This document shows, piece after piece, positions 17,490 through 27,204 of a stretch of 64,000 nucleotides of DNA. The stretch spans positions 17,011-81,010 of the forward strand of contig CAZDWZ010000008.1 of assembly GCA_964509425.1 (NCBI GenBank), read 5' to 3'. The position numbers and the translations under genes were made by a program. Source of the DNA: an uncultured Bdellovibrionales bacterium. Its GTDB lineage: Bacteria; Bdellovibrionota_C; UBA2361; SZUA-149; CAZDWZ01. The first letter of the stretch is position 1. Every line of letters begins with the position of its first letter. The notes beneath the pieces were generated by a model that ran no database searches, was not told where the DNA came from, and saw nothing but the letters and a program-made list of their open reading frames with translations.

Positions 17490-19336
17490 TGCCTTTGGCA
17501 TTTCTGAATCCGATGCTGCTGTTTGCCGGATTGGCGGTGCCGCTCCTCATTCTCGCCTATTTGAAACGACGGGAGACGAAGCGCTACGTCGTTTCGAGCG
17601 TGTTGGTGTTGCGGCACCTTTCAAGGAAAGCGGTGCCGAGGAAAAAGTTTCGTCCGCCGCTTAGATTTTTTCTTGAGTTTCTCGCCCTCTGTTGTTTAGT
17701 GCTCGCCGCGGCGCAACCTGTGCTCGATAAAAAGAATAATCGAGTAGCGGTTCTCTTCGACAACTCCCTCAGCATGAAAGCCGCTGCCGGCGACTCTCAG
17801 GGATCTCGATTTGATGCGGCGAAAGTGGAGGCCCAGAAATGGCTGAAAAATCAGTCGGCGAATTCCCTCTTCACGTTGTTTCTCGCCTCACCGAGGTTGA
17901 GGCAGCAGGGAAATGAAGAAGTATCGGCCGGCGAGCTTTCCTCTACGATCGATTCGCTGGAAGTCACCTACACTCCCGATGTGCTGGACGGAGCCGCGAC
18001 CGAGCTGCTCGAATCCGATAAATTCGACAAGGTTTTTATCGTCAGCGACAAACAGGTTGATCTCGAAGGGAAGCCCGCGGGGCTCGAGTCCAGGATGGTG
18101 GGGGCTCCGAAGCCGAACGTTTCGCTCAGCGGGGTTCGAATCGAGCAAGAAGGATTCGAGACTTCAACGGAGAAGTTAATTGCCACCGTGGCCTACGCCG
18201 GAGGCGGCTCCGGGTCCGTCCCTGTCAGTCTTACGTACGTGAGCCCGGAGGGGACGGAAGGGGCAGCCCAAAGCGGAACGGCAGCGCTGAAAACGAGCGG
18301 AATCACGGAAGTTGAGTTCAAGCTTCCCGGGAAAAGCGCGGAGAACGGATTCTGGAAAATTGCGATCTCGGCCGGGGCCGGTGACGCTCTGCCGGATGAC
18401 AACGTCGCCTTCGTCTCGGCGGCGAAAACGGAGCAATCAGGAATTCTTCTCGTTTCCGACAACAACACCCGCGGGACTCTCGGCTTGGAAAGGCTTCCCG
18501 AAGTGGCTGTTACTTTGGTCTCTCCCACAGAGTTCTCGAAGCTGAGCTCCGATGATCTCAAAAAATACATTCTCCTCGTGTTTCACGGGACAGCCCCGGT
18601 TCGATTTCCTGAGGTGCCCATGCTGGTCGTGGTTCCTCCGGTCGCAAATCCTCTTTTTCCGGCAAAAAGCGAAGTGAGCTCTCCGCGAATTAGCTCCTGG
18701 CAGAGCGAGCATCCGATAACAAGCTATCTTCGAGTGCCGCTTTTGACTCCCACGGCTTCCGTCGTGTTCCGCGACAACAATCTCGTAAAACCCGTCATTC
18801 GATCCGAAGAAGGTCCCGTGCTTCTCGCGGGCGAAGGCCGAGGGGTTCGCTATGCAGTTCTTGGTTTCGAGATTTTTCCTTTTGAAGGTGCGTCCACACC
18901 AGTTACTTCGGTCCTGACCCTCAATCTTTTTGGCTGGCTCCGCGGGGGTGTCGAAATAGGCGGCGAGCGGCGAACTGGAGGAACTCTTCCGTTCAACGAG
19001 CAATCGACGAGATTGGTTCGCATTCTCGGGGCGGAGAGCAAAAAGTTTCGGGAGCTACCGCAACAGAATTCACTCGAGCTGTTGTATCCCGGCGGATATG
19101 TTTTCGAGGAGAAAGCCTCGAAGTCTAAGAAGCTCGTTGGCGTTAATCTCTTCCATCCCGAAGAATCAAATACCTTTGTCACGCAAACCATTGCCCTCTC
19201 AAATCCGCAGCAGCGAGAGGCAGTCGAAGCCCCGCGGGGTCTCCCGCTGTGGACGTATCTCGCTTGGACCGCGCTCGCGCTGATTCTCCTCGAATCTCTT
19301 CTCGCGCTTCGGCGCTCGCAGGAGGGATACGGATGA
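17486..19336 (+). CDS. BatA-N (aerotolerance-regulator N-terminal double-TM) domain membrane protein
   Basis: N-terminus MMPLAFLNPMLLFAGLAVPLLILAYLKRRETKR..VSSVLVL. C-terminal TM helix. ATGA overlap with DUF58 upstream and with the vWA gene downstream. Confidence 0.8.
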   Translation: MMPLAFLNPMLLFAGLAVPLLILAYLKRRETKRYVVSSVLVLRHLSRKAVPRKKFRPPLRFFLEFLALCCLVLAAAQPVLDKKNNRVAVLFDNSLSMKAAAGDSQGSRFDAAKVEAQKWLKNQSANSLFTLFLASPRLRQQGNEEVSAGELSSTIDSLEVTYTPDVLDGAATELLESDKFDKVFIVSDKQVDLEGKPAGLESRMVGAPKPNVSLSGVRIEQEGFETSTEKLIATVAYAGGGSGSVPVSLTYVSPEGTEGAAQSGTAALKTSGITEVEFKLPGKSAENGFWKIAISAGAGDALPDDNVAFVSAAKTEQSGILLVSDNNTRGTLGLERLPEVAVTLVSPTEFSKLSSDDLKKYILLVFHGTAPVRFPEVPMLVVVPPVANPLFPAKSEVSSPRISSWQSEHPITSYLRVPLLTPTASVVFRDNNLVKPVIRSEEGPVLLAGEGRGVRYAVLGFEIFPFEGASTPVTSVLTLNLFGWLRGGVEIGGERRTGGTLPFNEQSTRLVRILGAESKKFRELPQQNSLELLYPGGYVFEEKASKSKKLVGVNLFHPEESNTFVTQTIALSNPQQREAVEAPRGLPLWTYLAWTALALILLESLLALRRSQEGYG

Positions 19337-22020
19337 ACACCCGGTTTTCTGAATTGAGCGAGCTCGCGGCGAATCTCCACTTTGCGAGACCAGAAATGTT
19401 CTCCGGCCTTGGGGTTGTGCTCCTCATTTGCTCGATCCTTCTCGTGCGCCGCCGCCGCGGCTTCATCGTTCTTTTGCTTCGCATTCTTTCCTTGGCTCTT
19501 TTGTTTGCCGGGCTCGCTGTCCCGGGAACTGAAAGTTCTTCTTCGAAGAGCGAAATAGCGGTTTTGGTCGACATCTCGCGGAGTGTCTCGGATCGAGCGC
19601 TGGACGTCTTCGCGGGAGAGTTGGCGAAACTCGGATCGCCTGAGACTGACTTGGAAGTATTTGCTTTCGGGAAGAAAGCCTCGAAGGTCTCGCGGCGTTA
19701 TCGGGGAGATGTTTCCGCCTCGGAATTCAAAGATTTTCTTCGAGACGAGCGTGAACGCCTGGACAGCGGCGAGACGAATATCGAATCCGCTCTCAGCACG
19801 GCGCAGTCGCGGGCGAAGAGTGCCTCGGTGGTGTTGTTGTCAGACGGCTTTGAAACCGCTGGGAATGGCGTGAATGAAGCCCTTTCGCTTCGCGATGCGG
19901 GGATGAGAATATATCCGATCATCCCCAGTGCCGATGTGTTCTTGGATAGGGGTGTATCGATTTCGTCTCTCTACTCGCCCGTGACGGCTTCAGAGGGAGA
20001 TGCTGCCGAAATACGGGTAACGCTCAGTAATTCGGAAAAGCCACCCGCAAAGGGGAAGCTCGAAGTATTTCTCGAGCAGGAGAAGATTCTTTCACAGAAC
20101 GTGTCGGTTGACGGAGAGCGGGAGAGAGTTTTCGTCGCGAGAACGTCACCTCTCAAGGGAGGCCTGAAACGCATTCGTTCGGTTTTTACTCCCGAAGGAG
20201 GGGGTCGCCAAACTGTTCTCGAGCGCCATCGCTGGATCTCCGTTAAAGAAAAATCAAAGCTGTTGCTGTTAAGCGGAACTCAGGATGATGCCCGGATCCT
20301 TCGCGAACTCATTCGCGAGCGAGGCTACGCGCTTCAAGATGTGGTTGCCGACGGAAACGCAGAGATCCCGGTGACGTTCGAAGGCATCTCGACGGTGATA
20401 TTCAACAACGTCGCGCGTTCTCAGCTTCCGAAAAAATTCCTCCCAGCATTGCTCGAGTTCACGAAGGCAGGAGGAGGGGTGATTCTTGTCGGAGGCGACA
20501 GGAGCTTCGGATTGGGAAACTATATCGATACGCCGCTCGAAGATATTTCACCCGTGAAGTTCGTGCCGCCGCAAACTGAAAAACGCAGGCTGACAAACGC
20601 CATCGCTCTCGTCATCGATAAGTCGGGGAGCATGGCTTACGAAGGGAAGATGGATGCGGCGAAGCGAGCCGCGGTCGCCTCGATCGAAGCGCTGAAGGAC
20701 GAAGATTATATCAGCGTCATCGGATTTGATGCCGGACCTTTCGTGATTATCGACGTGAAGCAAGTTCGCGATGCGCGACTCGAGGCCGAGCGACGTCTCA
20801 GGAATCTCACCGCCTCAGGGAAGACGGACCTGCTACCGGCGCTCGCCACGGCGAGACAGCGACTTCAGAAGGCCGGGAGCAGCCGAAAGCACATCATCGT
20901 TCTCACGGACGGAAAAATTCCTTGGTCCGATGCAGAGTATACGGAAGAGATAAACCTCCTCCGCCGCGATGGAGTGACCGTCTCGACCGTAGCTCTTGGT
21001 ATTGAAGCCGATGTGCCGTTTCTCCAAATGCTCAGTCGCTACGGGAACGGAGCGTTTTATCGAACGCTGAACACTGACGAGATTCCGAGACTCTTTGTCG
21101 AAGACATCAAAATCTCCACCGGTGAACGGACGCTGAAGGAAGGAGAAGACTATATCGTCTCGCAAGGGCCTTCGGGGCTTCGAAGCACCGACGTCAACGG
21201 TCAGCTGCCGACGCTTCGCGGGTTTGTCGAAACGCTTCCGAAAAAAGGCTCAGAGTTCGAGCTCTTGACCAAAAAGGAGGATCGAGCATTTCCAATTCTT
21301 GCGAGCTGGACGTTTGGAGCGGGAAAGGTGATTGCGTACACTTCCGATGCGAACGGAAGGTGGTCGGCGGCATGGGTCCGGTGGCCTGAGTTCAGCCGTT
21401 TCTGGTCGCGCCTTTTGGAAGGGGTCAAAGATAAAACCGGCGTTCAGACCGCCGACGTCGATTTTGATATCCGATATCGCCTTCAAGGCCGAAGTCTGAT
21501 CTTCGACCTCAGTGTGTTTGACGACAAGCTCCGAACCCAACTCGCACCGAAGATAGCGGGAGATGTGGAAGAGCCGGGCGGGGAAAAGCGGCAAGTTGCG
21601 TTCCGCGCGGTGAAAAAAGGCCGCTTCGAGGCCAAGATTGATTCCGCCCGCCCCGGCGATTATCGCCTGTCGGTCGGTTACGGAAACATCAAACTTCCCC
21701 CGGTTGCCATCACGCTCGAAGGTGAACTTTTCGGAGAAGCGCCCGGCCGCGGTATCGACGTTTCGCATCTCGAAGAACTGGCGTTTCGGAGCGGAGGAAA
21801 AGTAAATCCGCGACGGGAGGAGCTCCTTCGTGAGAAACGCGTGATTTCCGAGACAACTCAGATGTTTGCGCCATTTTTGCTGCTTGCGGCACTCCTTCTG
21901 TTGTTCGAAGCTTTCGTGCGGGAACGTGGATGGCTGAAACGAAGGCCGAAGGTGAAAGCTTCACCGACCCCGATCGTCCGAGAAGTGGGGACCTATTCTC
22001 GTAAACAAAAAGCCGCCTGA
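19333..22020 (+). CDS. Membrane protein with two vWA domains and a central GATase1/ThuA-like domain
   Basis: N-terminal TM helices. First vWA IAVLVDISRSVS. Central SKLLLLSG...VIFNNV block. Second vWA with MIDAS LVIDKSGSM. C-terminal TM helix. The ATG at 19333 overlaps the upstream stop (ATGA). Confidence 0.85.
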   Translation: MNTRFSELSELAANLHFARPEMFSGLGVVLLICSILLVRRRRGFIVLLLRILSLALLFAGLAVPGTESSSSKSEIAVLVDISRSVSDRALDVFAGELAKLGSPETDLEVFAFGKKASKVSRRYRGDVSASEFKDFLRDERERLDSGETNIESALSTAQSRAKSASVVLLSDGFETAGNGVNEALSLRDAGMRIYPIIPSADVFLDRGVSISSLYSPVTASEGDAAEIRVTLSNSEKPPAKGKLEVFLEQEKILSQNVSVDGERERVFVARTSPLKGGLKRIRSVFTPEGGGRQTVLERHRWISVKEKSKLLLLSGTQDDARILRELIRERGYALQDVVADGNAEIPVTFEGISTVIFNNVARSQLPKKFLPALLEFTKAGGGVILVGGDRSFGLGNYIDTPLEDISPVKFVPPQTEKRRLTNAIALVIDKSGSMAYEGKMDAAKRAAVASIEALKDEDYISVIGFDAGPFVIIDVKQVRDARLEAERRLRNLTASGKTDLLPALATARQRLQKAGSSRKHIIVLTDGKIPWSDAEYTEEINLLRRDGVTVSTVALGIEADVPFLQMLSRYGNGAFYRTLNTDEIPRLFVEDIKISTGERTLKEGEDYIVSQGPSGLRSTDVNGQLPTLRGFVETLPKKGSEFELLTKKEDRAFPILASWTFGAGKVIAYTSDANGRWSAAWVRWPEFSRFWSRLLEGVKDKTGVQTADVDFDIRYRLQGRSLIFDLSVFDDKLRTQLAPKIAGDVEEPGGEKRQVAFRAVKKGRFEAKIDSARPGDYRLSVGYGNIKLPPVAITLEGELFGEAPGRGIDVSHLEELAFRSGGKVNPRREELLREKRVISETTQMFAPFLLLAALLLLFEAFVRERGWLKRRPKVKASPTPIVREVGTYSRKQKAA

Positions 22021-22044
22021 TTATGGTAAATTGGAGATAGTGAA

Positions 22045-22458
22045 TTGAACAAAAAGGAAGGCCAATTGAAGCTGTCGAGGGCGCTATTCTGTCTTGTTTG
22101 CGCGGTGTTAATGCTTTTTGCTGCGGCTTGTATCGGCGGAGCCGAATCGAAGCGGGGAGCGAAGTCGGAAGGAACCGCGAGCCCGGCCCAGTCCGGGAAG
22201 ATCGGTCCGGTCACCGATCAGGTGGAGATCTTTGTTACCTCATGGTGCCCGTATTGCCGCGGACTTGAAGAGTTTTTGCAGGCGAATCAGGTTCAATATA
22301 AGCGCTATGATATTGAGACCGATCCCGAAGGCGCAATGCTCCACCAGAGACTCGGTGCGGGCGGTGTGCCTCTCATCAGAATCGGTTCGACGGTGATTCG
22401 TGGATTTAACGAACGAGCGATCAGTTCGGCGTTGAAGGACAGGCGTCAGAAGTCCTAG
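22045..22458 (+). CDS. Glutaredoxin-like lipoprotein
   Basis: TTG start with GGAGA 7 nt upstream. Lipobox-like LFAAAC. Thioredoxin-fold active site TSWCPYCRGLEEFL and the GGVPLIRIG motif. Confidence 0.75.
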   Translation: MNKKEGQLKLSRALFCLVCAVLMLFAAACIGGAESKRGAKSEGTASPAQSGKIGPVTDQVEIFVTSWCPYCRGLEEFLQANQVQYKRYDIETDPEGAMLHQRLGAGGVPLIRIGSTVIRGFNERAISSALKDRRQKS

Positions 22459-22539
22459 AAAAGAGCGGTGCCGAAGGCTAGATTTTATTGCAAGATTTAA
22501 TGGTCGGAGCGCTAGCATGATCATCTTTTTGGAGGCGGC

Positions 22540-23307
22540 ATGAAATTCAGAAAATCAAAATTGCTGTTGGTGCTCGCGGCACTCGCTGTGCCTCAGTTCT
22601 CTTCTGAGGTCCGTGCAGAATTAAAAGAATGTAACGGCGTTTGGACCAACGGAGACTGCGAAGGCGGTGCGGCGAAGACTCTGAAAGATCATGTTCCGGT
22701 GGCGCCGGACGATCCGGCTCTCAGCGAAAAACGCTCAATGATTCATGAGCTCACGATGAAGACCATTCGTGCGAGAGAGGACTTTGATCTCCGATTCGAT
22801 ATTAAAGGTGTTGAACAGTTCTGCTTGAAAACACCGTCCTCTGCCGACGATTGCCGGGAGAAAATCGCCTCGGCGGAGAAGGATCTCGACAAGCGCGTCT
22901 CGAGGGAGAGTAAAATTCAGACCGAAGCGAAGCGCCTGAAGCTCGAGGAAGAGAAGGAGAAAATTGCAAAAACGGAACGCGAGGCAAACGCAACATCCGT
23001 CACGGTGTTTCAAAACGTGATTCGAGTTCCGCCTAACTATCGTCCGACCCCCTATCCTCCCCGCCCAGGATACATTATCGATAAGGATGGATTTACTCAT
23101 CCGATCACCAGACCCGACCCGCGCTACAACAATCCGAACGGTCCCGGCGCAACCGGCTCGGTAATCAACCAGCAAGGAGGAGTGTTCTCCGGCGGGAATG
23201 GTTACTCGGGCACGGGCTCATACTCGGGTTCGGGGAGCGGCGTTTCGGTAGGAGTCGGCGGATATCGCCGTGGCGGACGCCGGGGCGGCTCCGACAACAC
23301 CCAATAA
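22540..23307 (+). CDS. Secreted hypothetical protein (Cys pair, K/E coiled segment, Pro-rich then Gly/Ser-rich tail)
   Basis: Signal peptide KLLLVLAALAVPQFSSEVRA. Then CNGVWTNGDC, PPNYRPTPYPPRPGY and a GGNGYSGTGSYSGSGSG tail. Confidence 0.6.
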   Translation: MKFRKSKLLLVLAALAVPQFSSEVRAELKECNGVWTNGDCEGGAAKTLKDHVPVAPDDPALSEKRSMIHELTMKTIRAREDFDLRFDIKGVEQFCLKTPSSADDCREKIASAEKDLDKRVSRESKIQTEAKRLKLEEEKEKIAKTEREANATSVTVFQNVIRVPPNYRPTPYPPRPGYIIDKDGFTHPITRPDPRYNNPNGPGATGSVINQQGGVFSGGNGYSGTGSYSGSGSGVSVGVGGYRRGGRRGGSDNTQ

Positions 23308-23324
23308 CTGACCAAATTCCAACG

Positions 23325-23352
23325 AAGCGAAGAGCCGGCATTCTCTTCGCTT
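23325..23352 (+). terminator. Possible terminator hairpin
   Basis: aagcgaagag (23325-23334) pairs with ctcttcgctt (23343-23352) around an 8-nt loop. The downstream T-run is weak. Confidence 0.4.
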
Positions 23353-23533
23353 GATTCTCTATTCAATCTGCCGGTTTCCTACCGGACTCTCCTCAAAGTT
23401 AGGAAGAAGACTCTCGTCCGAGGGCGGCATCAAAATTCGCTAGAGCGTATTCCGCGCTTTTTCTCGTCGCGAGGGCGCTCTCGCAGGCCGCAGCAGAGGA
23501 AAAGTGCTGAACACGCGATAAGCCGGGAACCGT

Positions 23534-24226
23534 ATGTCGCCTCTGAACTTGAAGGGAATTGATATCTCGATCGCACTTCTTTTGCTGCTCAGCTCAGCGA
23601 TCTTCACCACCTACGCCTATCTCCACATTCTTTCGTTGAAAAGCGATTCCACGCTGTCGCTTGGTGTCATCGCAGACGGAGTTTCCAGGTTCAATGTGGT
23701 GAGCGACGGAAAGTGTGTCGGCTATATCGAGGTGCTTCAAGAGCACGAAGAAACCCTCCGGCTGAGAGGAGAGGGGAAGTTGCGAGTGGTGTGGCAAGGC
23801 GGGGTGAATCAGCTCACTTTCAGCGCCGAGACATTCTTTAACCCACTCGGACAGCTCGTCCGCAGCGCGATGGAGGTCTCGATGGGTGATGCCGGCTTTT
23901 TGGTATCAACTGCCGATGTGCATCCGATCCAAACGACGGTGAGCGTCCGCGGCCCCGGGCCCAGGATCGAAAAAAAGCTCCAGCTTCCCGGGCCGGTAGT
24001 TTTGAAGAAGAATAAAAATTCCGAATATGGAATTGACTATCCCGCGCTCCGTGACCTCCTTGGACAGGCGCCCGGAGATGTTCGACCCGAAAGCTTCAAT
24101 CTCAGCGTGGAACCGGTGATTGCCACGCTCCCGTGCACATCCGATGCGGCATTTGATCTCACTTCGCTCGCGGCGAAAGTGCTGCTTTTTAGCAGAGGGA
24201 AGCAGTTCTTCGAGGGGAGACCGTGA
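23534..24226 (+). CDS. Membrane-anchored hypothetical protein, co-transcribed with the ABC transporter
   Basis: One N-terminal TM helix (ISIALLLLLSSAIFTTYAYL). The stop overlaps the ABC ATPase start (GTGATGG). No family recognised. Confidence 0.6.
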   Translation: MSPLNLKGIDISIALLLLLSSAIFTTYAYLHILSLKSDSTLSLGVIADGVSRFNVVSDGKCVGYIEVLQEHEETLRLRGEGKLRVVWQGGVNQLTFSAETFFNPLGQLVRSAMEVSMGDAGFLVSTADVHPIQTTVSVRGPGPRIEKKLQLPGPVVLKKNKNSEYGIDYPALRDLLGQAPGDVRPESFNLSVEPVIATLPCTSDAAFDLTSLAAKVLLFSRGKQFFEGRP

Positions 24227-24981
24227 TGGAAAATATGGTTGTCATTCGCAATCTTTCGAAGGTCTACGGCAAGTTTGTCGCCGTAGGCGGGATTGATCTC
24301 GAGGTGAAACCGGGTGAGATTTTCAGCTTCCTCGGAGTAAACGGCGCGGGAAAAACGACGACGCTGAAGATGCTTGCCGGAGTCCTCCAGCCGACGAGCG
24401 GGAAGATTGAAATCGCCGGCTACAATCTCGGCAATCAACCACTTCAAGCAAAAAAGGTGACGGGATACATTCCGGATCGCGCCCATCTTTATCCAGGACT
24501 CACCGGCCGGGAATATCTCTATTTTGCGTGCGAACTCTACGGTGTAGATTCGAGTGATGCCGAGAGCCGCATTGATATGCTTCTCGAAAAATTCCGGCTG
24601 CGCGATCGCGAAGATGAGCTGATCTCCAACTACTCTCACGGGATGAAGCAGCGGATTGCGACCTGTGCGGCGCTCGTCACCGAACCACAACTCCTGATCG
24701 TCGACGAACCGATGGTTGGTCTTGATCCGCACGGAGCAAAACTCCTGAAGGATTCTTTCCGTGAGTTCGCCGACCAAGGGATGACGATTTTTCTTTCCAC
24801 CCACTCATTGAACGTGGCTGAAGAACTCTCCGATCGCCTGGCAATTATTCACCGAGGTCGAATCATCAGCATGGGGACCATGGCGGAGCTTCGCTCGCAT
24901 TCCGGAATGCAAGACAACGATCTCGAGCAGGTTTTTCTACAGCTTACCCTCGACGGCCTCGGTGGAGGGATGGATGAGTAG
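24223..24981 (+). CDS. ABC transporter ATP-binding protein
   Basis: Walker A GVNGAGKTT, signature YSHGMKQR, Walker B LLIVDEPMVGLD and H-loop STHSL. Confidence 0.93.
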   Translation: MMENMVVIRNLSKVYGKFVAVGGIDLEVKPGEIFSFLGVNGAGKTTTLKMLAGVLQPTSGKIEIAGYNLGNQPLQAKKVTGYIPDRAHLYPGLTGREYLYFACELYGVDSSDAESRIDMLLEKFRLRDREDELISNYSHGMKQRIATCAALVTEPQLLIVDEPMVGLDPHGAKLLKDSFREFADQGMTIFLSTHSLNVAEELSDRLAIIHRGRIISMGTMAELRSHSGMQDNDLEQVFLQLTLDGLGGGMDE

Positions 24982-24984
24982 CGC

Positions 24985-26691
24985 GTGATTCCTGTTCTTC
25001 TCAAACCGCGAATCCTCACTGTGCTGAATGCCTGGAAGCGCCGTGGGGAGCTTCGTCAGTATTGGGCGAGAAATCTCGTCCTGGGAATCATGACGTTCGC
25101 AATTATGTATGGCGCGTTTGCCGGCACAATTTGGGTGCTTCGTCAGTGCGAGACACAGCTCGATTTCGCCTATTTTCACCCGTCAATTATCCTCGGTTTA
25201 TTCTTTGCTGTTTTGTGCATCGTTCTCCTCATCACAAACACGGCATCTGCGACGGGCGCGCTCTTTATCGGGCATGATCTCGAGTTCATCCTTGCCTCGC
25301 CGCTCTCGCCTCGGAAATTCTTCTTTGGAAAATTGCTGGAGATCTTGGTTTCATCGTCTTGGATGACGGCGGTCTTTCTCGTCCCGATCTCCATGGCGTT
25401 TGCGGCTCATTATCGCCCCGGCTTTTCCTACGCGCTCATCTGTCTTTTGGCGTTCATTCCATTCTTCGTGATTCCTGCCGGGATCGCGGTCGTGATTGCA
25501 ACAATACTTGCCGTTCTTGTTCCGACAAAATGGCGGCGCGAGCTAGTCGTGCTTTTCGCGTGTATTGGACTCTTCGGATTGTTTTCGCTCGGCAGATTGG
25601 TCGCCCTTGGTTTCGACAACGGGAGCCCGATCGACACGAGGGATCTTTTCCGGATCATCGGACTCCTGTCGGTTGCAAACACCACTTGGAGCCCCGCGTA
25701 TTGGATAGCGGCCAGTCTCGGTGAGTGGCTCGCACCAAGGGGAGCGCCGGCGCTGTGGTATATGGGGTTGCTCTATGGCTTTTCGGTTGCTCTCTTGTCG
25801 CTTGCGTTCCTCGCCGTCCGGCTGCTTCACTTTGCCGGTTATTCTCGCGCGGCGCTTCATGCTCGCTCCAAGTACATCGAGAGTAGAACGAGCCAGGAAA
25901 GAATGAGGCGACTTCTTTCGAAGTGCGCCCCAGCGGTTCGGTCGCTGGTCGTAAAAGAGCTGAAAACATCCTCACGCGACGTCGTGCAATCGATGCAGAT
26001 GGTTCTCATCTGCGTCCTCTGCGTGCTGTATCTCTATGTGCTCAGCTTTCAAGGGTTGTTTCAGCGAATGATTCCGGAAGGGCAACGTGGCTGGTGGAGA
26101 GTTTTTCTCATCACCTGTAACCTCTGCATGGAAGCGTTTGTTGTCACGGCCATCGCCAATCGGTTGGTATTTCCAAGCGTCTCCAGAGAAGGGCGATCGT
26201 TCTGGACACTTCAGACGGCTCCAATCTCGCTTCGTAAGTTCCTTATGGTGAAGTATTTCTTCTGGTTGGTATTGGTCGGAATTTTCACCTCCATTATTTT
26301 TGGCGGTGCCGCACTCCTCCTTTCACGTTCTGGAACAGTTGTTGTTTTCAAAGTGTTGCTCAACATCGCAAATGCTGTGGGGGTCATCGGACTCGCAATC
26401 GGGTTCGGGTCGTATTTTGCGAATTTCGACTGGGATCATCCGGGGCAGCTCATTACTGGATTCGGCAACATGGTCTACACCGTCGTCGCTGTGCTTCTCA
26501 TCGGAGCAAATTTGATGCTCGGAACTCCGCTGCTTTTCGTTGCATTTACCAAGGGGATGCAGGACATTCTTCCTAATCCGGCGCGTGCGTTCGCCACGCT
26601 GGCCGGATTTGCTATTATCTACACGGGGAACATTGCGATAGCCCGATGGGCACTCAGCGTCGGGACGAAGGCGCTTGAAAGTCGGAAGTAG
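24985..26691 (+). CDS. Polytopic membrane protein, putative ABC exporter permease
   Basis: 568 aa with 10 or more hydrophobic helices. GTG start 4 nt after the ATPase stop. Confidence 0.8.
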   Translation: MIPVLLKPRILTVLNAWKRRGELRQYWARNLVLGIMTFAIMYGAFAGTIWVLRQCETQLDFAYFHPSIILGLFFAVLCIVLLITNTASATGALFIGHDLEFILASPLSPRKFFFGKLLEILVSSSWMTAVFLVPISMAFAAHYRPGFSYALICLLAFIPFFVIPAGIAVVIATILAVLVPTKWRRELVVLFACIGLFGLFSLGRLVALGFDNGSPIDTRDLFRIIGLLSVANTTWSPAYWIAASLGEWLAPRGAPALWYMGLLYGFSVALLSLAFLAVRLLHFAGYSRAALHARSKYIESRTSQERMRRLLSKCAPAVRSLVVKELKTSSRDVVQSMQMVLICVLCVLYLYVLSFQGLFQRMIPEGQRGWWRVFLITCNLCMEAFVVTAIANRLVFPSVSREGRSFWTLQTAPISLRKFLMVKYFFWLVLVGIFTSIIFGGAALLLSRSGTVVVFKVLLNIANAVGVIGLAIGFGSYFANFDWDHPGQLITGFGNMVYTVVAVLLIGANLMLGTPLLFVAFTKGMQDILPNPARAFATLAGFAIIYTGNIAIARWALSVGTKALESRK

Positions 26692-26757
26692 TGTATCCTG
26701 CCCGTGTGACAAAGCCGCGCGAGAAGAACGTTCACACCCATTCGTAATCGGAGATTT

Positions 26758-27204
26758 TTGAAGACCATTTCCCGATACTTCGGCTCGAACCCTCGCGCTG
26801 TGTTTTTTGCAGCCGGAGTATTCTTTGTTTTTCTCGGTCTTGCCACGAGGCGCTATCCGGCCCTCTTCCCCGCGTTCGTTGCCGAGTTCGGCGGAGATTT
26901 TCTCTGGGCCATTGTCGTCTATTGTGTTCTCGGGTTTTTATTCCTGAATTGGAGCCCTCGCCGACTGGCTGTTATGTCGTTCGCCGTCAGCTACCTCGGT
27001 GAACTTAGTCAACTCTATGAACCGCCCTGGCTCGTCGCTATTCGAAGAACCGCCCTCGGAGGGTTACTCCTCGGGCGGGGTTTTCTCTGGAGCGACGTGG
27101 TCTGCTACACCTTGGGGACCGTTACGGCTGTGTTGTTTCGGGTTTTGATCTCCGTGCTGCGCCCCGCTTCAGAAACATCGGCAGGAACACGGCGACTCCC
27201 GTGA
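26758..27204 (+). CDS. Small 4-TM membrane protein (DUF2809-like from memory)
   Basis: TTG-start ORF with four hydrophobic helices and a FGGDFLWAIVVY motif. The 3' end overlaps the convergent 1025-aa gene by 83 nt. Confidence 0.55.
   Translation: MKTISRYFGSNPRAVFFAAGVFFVFLGLATRRYPALFPAFVAEFGGDFLWAIVVYCVLGFLFLNWSPRRLAVMSFAVSYLGELSQLYEPPWLVAIRRTALGGLLLGRGFLWSDVVCYTLGTVTAVLFRVLISVLRPASETSAGTRRLP

Noticed and set aside
24037-24804. 255-aa minus-strand ORF
   Set aside because: It is antisense to the ABC ATPase, whose Walker A, signature and Walker B motifs are all intact on the plus strand.
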